Assembly: GCA_049968255.1 (NCBI GenBank)
Contig: JBMFRB010000010.1
Location: 8,077-49,896, forward strand
Reading direction: 5' to 3'
Source: Candidatus Sumerlaeaceae bacterium
Lineage (GTDB): Bacteria > Sumerlaeota > Sumerlaeia > Sumerlaeales > Sumerlaeaceae
Length of the DNA: 41,820 bases
Shown here: one piece after another, positions 10,108 to 18,021 of the stretch
Numbering within the stretch: the first letter of the stretch is position 1
Layout of the letters: every line of letters starts with the position of its first letter
Notes under the pieces: generated by a model
Told to the model about the DNA's origin: nothing
Databases searched by the model: none
Seen by the model: only the letters and a program-made list of their open reading frames with translations
Position numbers and translations under genes: made by a program

Positions 10108-11004
10108 ATGACAGAACGACGTTTTTTGATTGTCGGCTCGAGAGGAATGCTTGGGCGTGATTTGGTGGCGGCGTGCGAAGCGGTAGGCCTAGAGACTATC
10201 GGCCTCGATCTGCCGCAAATTGACATCACGAATCGCGCGAACTGCGAGGACACGATTTTGACTCTTCGGCCGGCCGTGGTGATCAACTGCGCGGCTTACA
10301 CGGACGTCAATCGGGCAGAATCCGAGCGCGAGCGGGCTTTCGCCGTGAATGCCTTGGGCGCGGGCAACGTGGCGCGAGCCTGCCGCGCGGCCGAAGCGCA
10401 CTGTGTCTATCTGAGCACGGACTATGTGTTCGATGGCACGAAGGCCGAGCCGTACGTGGAGGACGATCCGCCTTGCGCTGTGAATTCTTATGGTGCATCG
10501 AAGCTCGCCGGCGAACACCGCACGATGGCTGAAGCAGCCCACTGGACGATTGTCCGCACGTCATGGTTGTATGGCGCGGGAGGCCGCAATTTTGTCCGAG
10601 CGATACTCGAACAAGGTCGGCGTTGCCATCACCTGCGGGTCGTCAGTGATCAAGTGGGCGCCCCCACTTATACACGCGATCTGGCAGCAACGCTGGTTGA
10701 GATTGCCACTCGGCGTGTGCACGGTATTCTCCACATCACAAATCAGGGATTCTGCAGTTGGTATGAGTTGGCTTGCGCCATCGTCGAGCTGGCTCGGCTC
10801 GACGGCGTGAGGGTCGAGCCGATCGCCAGCAGCGAGTATCCCACGCCAGCGCGTCGGCCAGCGAATTCGCGACTGCTCGACACGCGGGCTCGGGCGCGTG
10901 GGCTCGCGCCGCGGCCGCATTGGCGGGATGCCCTGGCGCGCTTCTTGCAGGAAATTTCGGGGGAGAACAATGACCATGCAAGCGGAACGAGAGGTAGCTT
11001 TTGA
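10108..11004 (+). CDS. rfbD: dTDP-4-dehydrorhamnose reductase
   Basis: GSRGMLG, INCAAYTDV, STDYVFDG, YGASK, VVSDQVGAPT, PTPARRPANS. Confidence 0.95.
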   Translation: MTERRFLIVGSRGMLGRDLVAACEAVGLETIGLDLPQIDITNRANCEDTILTLRPAVVINCAAYTDVNRAESERERAFAVNALGAGNVARACRAAEAHCVYLSTDYVFDGTKAEPYVEDDPPCAVNSYGASKLAGEHRTMAEAAHWTIVRTSWLYGAGGRNFVRAILEQGRRCHHLRVVSDQVGAPTYTRDLAATLVEIATRRVHGILHITNQGFCSWYELACAIVELARLDGVRVEPIASSEYPTPARRPANSRLLDTRARARGLAPRPHWRDALARFLQEISGENNDHASGTRGSF

Positions 11005-11012
11005 GTGACGGG

Positions 11013-11963
11013 ATGATGACGGCTGGCGGGGGACAGCCAGGACGCCAAAGGCCAGGCGAGCAAGTCGATGTGGCTGTGCGCCATTTGCGGCCGACTGGCG
11101 CGCTGGAAATGTTCGACCGCACGTTTCTCGTGTGGCGTCGGCGCCCGCTGGAATTTCTTGGGTGGGGTGCCCTGAGCGCTCTGCCTGCACTTGTGGTGGA
11201 GCTTATCATGCTTTGGCGCAGCCAGCGCGAGCCCGAGCTGTCGCCGTTAGCTGTCGCGCCGTGGGCATTTCTCGCATTTCTTCTCCAGTTATTACCGGTC
11301 ACACTCGCTGTGCGCCTGGCCTTTGTTCTGTTGCTCCGTCCCTCGCCAAGCCTGTCGCGCTTGAACTTGCGACGTGTCCTGTGGGCCTATCCCCGCCTCG
11401 TTGTCACGGTGCTCGCAACGCTTTTCGGCGGTGCGCTCTTCTTACAGTTTGGACTTGCGGCGACGGAGGCGTTTCAGCCATCGCTGGTAAGCGTGATTGC
11501 GCTGCTGCTTGCGGTGGGGGTGGCTCTCTGGTTTGCGGCAAACATGGCGCCTGCGGTCGTGCTCGTTGCGACAGGACTCGAGGAACTATTCGACGCGTGG
11601 CGCTCAAGCTGGCGGCTCATGCTGCACACGCGCATCAGCTCATCATGGTGGCGCGAGAATGCTTACTGGCGGCTAGCGCTGCTGAGCAGTTTTCCTCTGA
11701 TCTGTCATGGGCTGCTGGCGGCCGCATTGCGCATCGGTTACTGGGCGGATACTGGTGTGTGGCTCGGCATTGGGGATGCTCCTCTCGCATTCTCCGCCGT
11801 TGAGACGGTGGCAGTGGCTGCGGCGGATGCGTTCCTGGTGCCGTGGGGGTGCATTGCGCTGGTTAGTCTTTTCCTTGAGCTGGCGATTAGGCTCGTGGGG
11901 TTGGATTTCCAAATACGCTTGGGTGGACTGGGCGGAGTTGACTCCGCGACCGCTGACGAATAA
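11013..11963 (+). CDS. Hypothetical integral membrane protein
   Basis: About 6 TM helices. N-terminal LRPTGALEMFDRTF and C-terminal LELAIRLVGLDF resemble the LRPxxxxExxD...R.EGxD membrane family often near MoxR/DUF58 loci. Start uncertain (TTG 11001, ATG 11013 or ATG 11016). Confidence 0.65.
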   Translation: MMTAGGGQPGRQRPGEQVDVAVRHLRPTGALEMFDRTFLVWRRRPLEFLGWGALSALPALVVELIMLWRSQREPELSPLAVAPWAFLAFLLQLLPVTLAVRLAFVLLLRPSPSLSRLNLRRVLWAYPRLVVTVLATLFGGALFLQFGLAATEAFQPSLVSVIALLLAVGVALWFAANMAPAVVLVATGLEELFDAWRSSWRLMLHTRISSSWWRENAYWRLALLSSFPLICHGLLAAALRIGYWADTGVWLGIGDAPLAFSAVETVAVAAADAFLVPWGCIALVSLFLELAIRLVGLDFQIRLGGLGGVDSATADE

Positions 11964-12025
11964 TAGGCTTGGCTTGGGTGTGGCCGATGTGGCAGAGAGG
12001 GCGCAAGATGCGAGCGAAAGGACGT

Positions 12026-12838
12026 ATGACGATGAGACGGCTGTGGCGTGAGGTGCAAGGGGCGATAGCCTGTGTTATCTTGGTAGTTTGTTATGCTTTA
12101 TCGCTCCAAGCAGCTCCCGAGAGTTTCCCCTCCACCACGGGCACCCTCGTGTTGCTGGGAGAAAAGCCCCGCACGCAGCAAGCGGGCAAGGCGCCGGTGA
12201 CAGTGGCCATTGCGGAGGTGGCTTCGGCGACGCTTCCGGCCATGCGCATCGTGGATCTCACCGTGGACAAGGAAACCGTGCAGGCCACAATGGCGCATGT
12301 GCCCAAGGCGCTCACTCACAAACCGACGGCTGTCGTCATCTTTACGGGACTTTCTGACAAGCCAAGTAGCGGTGATGACGAGGCTTTGCGCACTACGCTG
12401 GTCGCTTTGGCGCGCACGTTTACGCGCGCGGATGTGGAAGTGTTCTTCGTTCCTGCAGCGACTTTTGTCGGCGCGGACGTGAGCGCGAATCTCCGACTGG
12501 CGGCGGATGACGCTGCTGTCCACTATATTGAACCGGGCACAGAGATCGGCGGGGAACCTTACCACGTGGTAATGGAAGAAGTGGGGAAATTGTTGTCGGC
12601 GCGCGCGGCAAAGGCGGCTGATACTAGCCGATCCTCAGTCGTCGTGGCGACGGTGGCGCCCCCGCCTTCTCCGGCTGTTGCGACCACAGGCACGACAACA
12701 GTGGTAGCCCCGCCCGGATCGACACCTGCAACGATTTATATGGTGGCGCCCCCGCCACTCAAGCGTTTTGATCCGCGCGAGACCCCCGCGGCTCGCCGTC
12801 GCATGGGCAAAGTGAAGAGGCCCGACTTCGAGGAATGA
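12026..12838 (+). CDS. Secreted protein with a degenerate SGNH-like fold and Pro/Thr-rich tail
   Basis: AAAGGA before ATG 12026; signal peptide ending SLQA|APES; LVLLGEK / MRIVDL / KPTAVVIFTGLSD spaced like SGNH blocks. Confidence 0.6.
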   Translation: MTMRRLWREVQGAIACVILVVCYALSLQAAPESFPSTTGTLVLLGEKPRTQQAGKAPVTVAIAEVASATLPAMRIVDLTVDKETVQATMAHVPKALTHKPTAVVIFTGLSDKPSSGDDEALRTTLVALARTFTRADVEVFFVPAATFVGADVSANLRLAADDAAVHYIEPGTEIGGEPYHVVMEEVGKLLSARAAKAADTSRSSVVVATVAPPPSPAVATTGTTTVVAPPGSTPATIYMVAPPPLKRFDPRETPAARRRMGKVKRPDFEE

Positions 12839-12942
12839 GCGCGACAACGTTGTCGCCTCTGAGCAGAGGCGTTATTTTTCTCGTCGCCAGGACCGCGCTT
12901 CTGTATTGATTTTGTGGTAGGGCGCTGCGACATTGCTTTGTT

Positions 12943-14199
12943 ATGGCAAACGCGACGAACAAAGCGGAACCGGCTGCGGGCGTGGCGGCGGTGAGTTTTG
13001 CGGAGATCGAAGCGGCGCGCCAGCGCATTGCGCCCTTCATCCCGCCCACGCCTTTTGCTTACTCCCAGTATTTTTCAGAACTGTGGGGCTGCAAGGTCTA
13101 CTTCAAGTTCGAGAATCTTCACCTCACCGGTTCGTTCAAGGAACGCGGCGCTCTCAATAAGTTATTATGTTTGACGGAGGAGGAACGCTCGCGCGGTGTC
13201 ATCACGGCTTCCGCGGGCAACCACGGACGCGCGGTGGCGTGGCATGCTCGTCGGCTAGGCATTCCTGCGACGGTCGTCATGCCGGTGAACAGCCCCATTG
13301 TGAAAGTGCAGAACACCGCCGCCACCGGCGCGCGTGTGGTGCTGCACGGCGAGAGCTTCGACGATGCCGTTGAGCACGCACGTCAGCTCTGTGCCAACGA
13401 TGGGCTCACCTATGTTCACGGCTTCGACGATCCGCTTATCGTGGCGGGTCAAGGCACGATCGGTCTCGAGCTGACCGAACAATGTCCCTACCTGGACACG
13501 GTCGTGGTGCCGGTAGGGGGCGGAGGGCTGGCGGCCGGCATCGCGGTGGCGATGAAGGAGGTCAATCCGAAAGTGCGTATTGTTGGCGTGCAGAGCGCCG
13601 ATGTTCCCTCGATGCTTGTGGCGCTGGAGCGTCACGAGCCTACGACCGTGCCGGCGCACTTTACGATTGCCGATGGTATCGCCGTGAGGCGTGTGGGGGC
13701 GCTGCCGCTCGAAATCTTCCGCCGCTATGTGGACGATATCGTGGCGGTGAACGAGTCGGAAATTGCGAATGCCATTTTGCTGCTGCTCGAGCGCGAGAAA
13801 AGTCTCGTGGAAGGAGCGGGCGCGGTTGGGGTGGCCGCGATACAAAACGGCCACATCAACGTCGAGGGCCACCGTGTGGCGGTGGTCCTCAGTGGTGGCA
13901 ATATCGACGTCACCATGCTCTCGCGCATCATTGATAAGGGACTCGTCAAGGATGGGCGCCTGGTGAAGCTTCATGTTGTGGTGCCGGACTACCCAGGCCA
14001 GCTCGCGCGCATTCTCAGTGTGGTGGCGGAGAAGCGCGGCAACGTGCTGGAAATCATGCACAGTCGCGCATTCTCGGAAGCAAAGGTAGGCGAAACGGCG
14101 ATAGATCTCGTGATTGAGACGCGTGGACCTGAGCATATCGTAGAAATCGAGCAAGCGCTGGCACAACGGGGAATTCCGGCCACACGCTGCAGCGGCTAA
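12943..14199 (+). CDS. ilvA: Threonine ammonia-lyase (short form, one C-terminal ACT domain)
   Basis: GSFKERGA (PLP Lys), SAGNH, PVGGGGL, LSGGNID, ACT domain PDYPGQL. Confidence 0.93.
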   Translation: MANATNKAEPAAGVAAVSFAEIEAARQRIAPFIPPTPFAYSQYFSELWGCKVYFKFENLHLTGSFKERGALNKLLCLTEEERSRGVITASAGNHGRAVAWHARRLGIPATVVMPVNSPIVKVQNTAATGARVVLHGESFDDAVEHARQLCANDGLTYVHGFDDPLIVAGQGTIGLELTEQCPYLDTVVVPVGGGGLAAGIAVAMKEVNPKVRIVGVQSADVPSMLVALERHEPTTVPAHFTIADGIAVRRVGALPLEIFRRYVDDIVAVNESEIANAILLLLEREKSLVEGAGAVGVAAIQNGHINVEGHRVAVVLSGGNIDVTMLSRIIDKGLVKDGRLVKLHVVVPDYPGQLARILSVVAEKRGNVLEIMHSRAFSEAKVGETAIDLVIETRGPEHIVEIEQALAQRGIPATRCSG

Positions 14200-14255
14200 G
14201 GCCTAGTTCTTGTTCACAAGATTTCTTATTATTTTATGTGTTTGTGGGCGCATTG

Positions 14256-15044
14256 TTAGGAGTTCTGTTGTAGCTTGACCGCAATGCAATCGTGGCTCGC
14301 CCACCCGCCCTGATACGTGACCGTTAGACGCCGCAAAATGCGCCATTCGCCTTTGAAGTATGTGCCATCTTTCTCAAGCTTCTCTGCGATGTCATCCGCT
14401 GAGCTCAAGAGATCGTAGAGTTCTAAATTTTCGGTGAGAACGACAACCCTTTTGTCTGGCCCCGTGGCAATGGTCACGGGTTCCACGACCAGGTTCGACA
14501 GATCGTGGATGACTGTGGCTGGCGGAGTGGAGCGAGCCTGCAGGCGGATCATACGCGTCCGTGCCTCCGAGCCAGGCAGAGCTTTGGAAACTTCGATGAG
14601 GTCGAGGAGATAATTGCGCATCGCGTCGAGATCGCGGCTCTCGATGAGTTTATCCTGCTGAGGATAGCTCTGGATGGTCCGCACCAGCAGCGAGATTTCG
14701 CGCAGGTAGCGACTGCGTTGGTCGTTGGGGATGACATACATCACGAGCAGCCGCACCGGCAAGCCATCGGGTGCGCCATAATCAATGCCCTGGGGGCTCC
14801 AGCCGATGACGCACACCAAATCGCCCTGGTACGGCACGCGCGCATGGGGGCAAGCCCATCCTTTGCCCAGAGCAGTATTGGCTTCCTGCTCGCGTTTTTG
14901 CACAAGCCCCACGACGTCCGTTTCTGCGGGAACCTCTGGGCATGCTTCGAGCACGTGGGCCAGGAATTGCAACGCTGTGCTTTTGTCGTTGTCCGGCAGC
15001 TCGAAGAGCCGTCCCTTCTCCAATGCGTGGAGGATGGTTTCCAT
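14256..15044 (-). CDS. PTS EIIA (Fru/Mtl/Ntr-type) domain protein with a ~110-aa C-terminal extension
   Basis: REQEANTALGKGWACPHAR (phospho-His motif), GIDYGAPDGLPVRLL. Starts 3 nt after the mgtA stop. Confidence 0.85.
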   Translation of the reverse strand: METILHALEKGRLFELPDNDKSTALQFLAHVLEACPEVPAETDVVGLVQKREQEANTALGKGWACPHARVPYQGDLVCVIGWSPQGIDYGAPDGLPVRLLVMYVIPNDQRSRYLREISLLVRTIQSYPQQDKLIESRDLDAMRNYLLDLIEVSKALPGSEARTRMIRLQARSTPPATVIHDLSNLVVEPVTIATGPDKRVVVLTENLELYDLLSSADDIAEKLEKDGTYFKGEWRILRRLTVTYQGGWASHDCIAVKLQQNS

Positions 15045-15047
15045 AAA

Positions 15048-17705
15048 TTACTCAGCTCCGTAGCGGTTGAAAAACCACGTCTTCACAAAATGTGTGAGCA
15101 CCGCATAGCTTCCAAGGAATAGGGCGATCCATGCCCAATACGACAGGGGCAGGGGGACCATTCCAAGATCCTTCGCAAAAGGCGAGTAGGGCAGCCAGGC
15201 GCCGACGGCCATGACGGCAAGTGTTGTGAAGAGCAGCTGGAACGAGGGGCGGCTGGCAAAGAAGGGGATGCGCTTTGTGCGAATAATGTGAACGATGAGC
15301 GTTTGCGTCAGCAGCGATTCCACGAACCAGCCGGTCTGGAAAAGCTTCATGAGCCCTTCTTTTGCAGCCGGTCCGGTCGACGTACTGAGATAAGCATTGC
15401 AGTGGAAGACGAACCACATAAGCGCAAAGGTCGCATAGTCGAAAATTGAACTGATGGGACCGATGAAGATCATGAACCGCTTGATATTCTCAATGTTCCA
15501 TTTGAGGGGTTTTTCCACCAGCTCTTCGTCCACGGTATCTGTGGGGATGGCTGTTTGCGAGACGTCATAAAGCATGTTGTTGGTGAGAATCTGCACTGGT
15601 TGCATGGGCAGGAAAGGCATGAGATAGCTGGCGCCCAACACGCTGAACATGTTGCCGAAGTTCGAGCTGGCACCCATGCGGATGTATTTGACGATATTGC
15701 AGAAAACGCGCCGCCCCTCCATAATGCCTTCTTCCAGCACCAAGAGGCTCTTTTCCAGCAGCACGATATCGGCTGCTTCTTTCGCCACGTCCACGGCTGA
15801 GTCCACGGAAATGCCGACGTCGGCGGCAGTCATGGCCGGCGCATCGTTGATGCCGTCGCCCATGTAACCCACCACGTGGCCGTTCAGGCGCAGCTGCTTG
15901 ACGATCCTTTCTTTTTGCATCGGGGCGAGCTTAACGAAGACCTGGGTCTCCTCCACGGCTTGCGCGAACTCTTCTGGGGAAAGCGCTTCGAGCTGGGAGC
16001 CGGTGAGCATCTTTACCACGCTAATGCCGACATCCCGACACACTTTTTCCGTCACAAGTCCGTTATCGCCTGTAAGCACTTTCACCCCCACGCCAACCTT
16101 CGACAACAAGCGCACGGCTTCGGCAGCCGTCTCCTTTGGCGGATCGAAAAAGGCGATGTAGCCAAGAAGGACGAGCTCCGACTCGTCGCTCACCGTGAAG
16201 GTCGTTTTTTCGGTGGGGAATTCACGGTAAGCGATGCCGAGCACGCGGAAGCCGTCGCGGTTGAGCCCTTGCACTTCCTCGAACAGGTCGTTGCGAATGG
16301 GCTCGATGAGGGGATAGATCTCGTCCTCGAGCTGGTAGTGGGTGCAGCAGGCGTAGATTTCTTCCACTGCCCCTTTGCAAATGAGGACATGATCGCCTTC
16401 GTAGGCGACGATGACGGACATGCGTCGGCGTTGGAAATCAAATGGCAGCTCGTCCACCAAGCGGCATTCGCTTGTATCCAGATCCACGTGTTCCAGGATC
16501 GCGCGATCGAGCAGGTTGGGGAGCCCTGTTTGAAAGTAGCTATTGAGAAAGGCATACGTGAGCACGTCCTCGCTGTTATGGCCGAGGATGTCCACGTGCT
16601 TTTCGAGCACGACTTTATCTTGTGTCAGCGTGCCGGTTTTATCCGTGCACAGAATGTCGATGGCGCCAAAGTTTTGGATGGAGGGGAGGCGCTTGACGAT
16701 GACCTTGCGGCGGGCCATGGTCAGCGCACCCTTGCCGAGATTCACCGTGATGATCATGGGGAGCATCTCGGGCGTGAGCCCCACCGCCACGGATAGGGCG
16801 AAGAGCAGGGCCTCAACCCAGTTACCCTTGGTCAGGCCCACGATGAAGAAGACGATGCAAACCATGCCCACCATGAAGCGGATCATGAGCCACGTGAAGG
16901 CGCGTATGCCGCGGTCGAAACTCGTTTCCTCGCGAGCCTCGGTGAGCTTTTCTGAGATCGCGCCGAACACAGTGCGTGCGCCGGTGTTGATGACGAGGCC
17001 ATGCCCCGTTCCGCTCGTCACCCACGTGCCGAAAAAGCAAGCGTTGGGCAGGTCGAGGGCGCCTCTGGGCAGGGAAGCAGGCGGGTCGGCCATCTTTTCG
17101 ACGGGCAAGGATTCGCCCGTGAGGGCCGACTCGTTAACAAAAAAATCTTTCGTCTGGATAACGCGCAAATCTGCTGGAATCATGCTGCCGGCGTGAAGGA
17201 TGACGACGTCGCCCGGCACGACCTCAGAACTGCGGATCTCGGTTTCGGCCCCGTCCCTGAGGACCCTGATGCGTGACTGCACGCGCTTGCCGAGGTTTTC
17301 CACCGCTTGCGTTGAGCGCCGGTCCAGCACGTACGACAGCCCTACGCTGAGCACGATCATGGCTCCGACGATAATCGCGGATTTGAACTCGCCAATGAAA
17401 GCCGACACGAGCGCGATGATGGTGAGCTGAATGACGAGGGGATTCTTGAAGCGATGAAGCATGTCGGCCCAGAACCCGACGCGCTTCAGGTGGGTGAGTT
17501 CATTGGGGCCGAACTCCTGCAGGCGGCGCTGTGCCGCTTCGGCGCTGAGGCCTTGGGGCGTTGTGGCGAGCTCGGCCAGGGCGTTTTCTAGCGGAGCCGT
17601 GCAAAGCTCCACCAGCCGGCGCTCGTTCTCAGAGGGTTTTTGCGTGGTCTGCGCCAGCGGGATGGCTGAAGGTCGGCCATGGCCCCCCGTTCTTTGTTCT
17701 GCCAT
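15048..17705 (-). CDS. mgtA: Magnesium-translocating P-type ATPase (P3B), 885 aa
   Basis: LTGES, AVGLTPEMLPMI, DKTGTLT, PFDFQRRRMS, GDGINDAPA, SSNFGNMFS, FQTGWFVESLLTQTL (P3B signature). Start at MAEQ (ATG 17705) after GAGG. Confidence 0.95.
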   Translation of the reverse strand: MAEQRTGGHGRPSAIPLAQTTQKPSENERRLVELCTAPLENALAELATTPQGLSAEAAQRRLQEFGPNELTHLKRVGFWADMLHRFKNPLVIQLTIIALVSAFIGEFKSAIIVGAMIVLSVGLSYVLDRRSTQAVENLGKRVQSRIRVLRDGAETEIRSSEVVPGDVVILHAGSMIPADLRVIQTKDFFVNESALTGESLPVEKMADPPASLPRGALDLPNACFFGTWVTSGTGHGLVINTGARTVFGAISEKLTEAREETSFDRGIRAFTWLMIRFMVGMVCIVFFIVGLTKGNWVEALLFALSVAVGLTPEMLPMIITVNLGKGALTMARRKVIVKRLPSIQNFGAIDILCTDKTGTLTQDKVVLEKHVDILGHNSEDVLTYAFLNSYFQTGLPNLLDRAILEHVDLDTSECRLVDELPFDFQRRRMSVIVAYEGDHVLICKGAVEEIYACCTHYQLEDEIYPLIEPIRNDLFEEVQGLNRDGFRVLGIAYREFPTEKTTFTVSDESELVLLGYIAFFDPPKETAAEAVRLLSKVGVGVKVLTGDNGLVTEKVCRDVGISVVKMLTGSQLEALSPEEFAQAVEETQVFVKLAPMQKERIVKQLRLNGHVVGYMGDGINDAPAMTAADVGISVDSAVDVAKEAADIVLLEKSLLVLEEGIMEGRRVFCNIVKYIRMGASSNFGNMFSVLGASYLMPFLPMQPVQILTNNMLYDVSQTAIPTDTVDEELVEKPLKWNIENIKRFMIFIGPISSIFDYATFALMWFVFHCNAYLSTSTGPAAKEGLMKLFQTGWFVESLLTQTLIVHIIRTKRIPFFASRPSFQLLFTTLAVMAVGAWLPYSPFAKDLGMVPLPLSYWAWIALFLGSYAVLTHFVKTWFFNRYGAE

Positions 17706-17909
17706 TCCTCGAACCTCGCGAAGCGACAAGAATCTTGCGGGGAGTGTGGATGTGGCTGCAGGGCAGGCAAGCGAAAAAGCGCTGAGCCACGCCAGGCCGT
17801 GGCGAGTTTGCGGGCACATCGGGGGGCAGTCGCCGCTGCCGAACAGGCTCACGGGTGTCCCGGCTCCACTGTGTGCACTCGACCAAAACAGGACCAAATC
17901 GGTTGCGCC

Positions 17910-17953
17910 GTGTAGGACAAACACCGACACAATTTTAAGATTTTGTCCTACAC
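17910..17953. repeat. Perfect 12-bp inverted repeat with a 20-nt spacer in the divergent intergenic region
   Basis: GTGTAGGACAAA (17910-17921) ... TTTGTCCTACAC (17942-17953). Confidence 0.85.
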
Positions 17954-18021
17954 ACTTCTCGGTGGAGAGAAACCGAGAAAAGGGAGATCCTTATGCTATC
18001 CTTGTGAAAGGAGGAAAGGCA

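Noticed and set aside
17461-18021. 187-codon N-terminal extension of the 687-aa ORF, and the extension of mgtA to 17930
   Set aside because: They overlap each other antisense. RBS and signal peptide or family N-termini support starts at 18022 and 17705.
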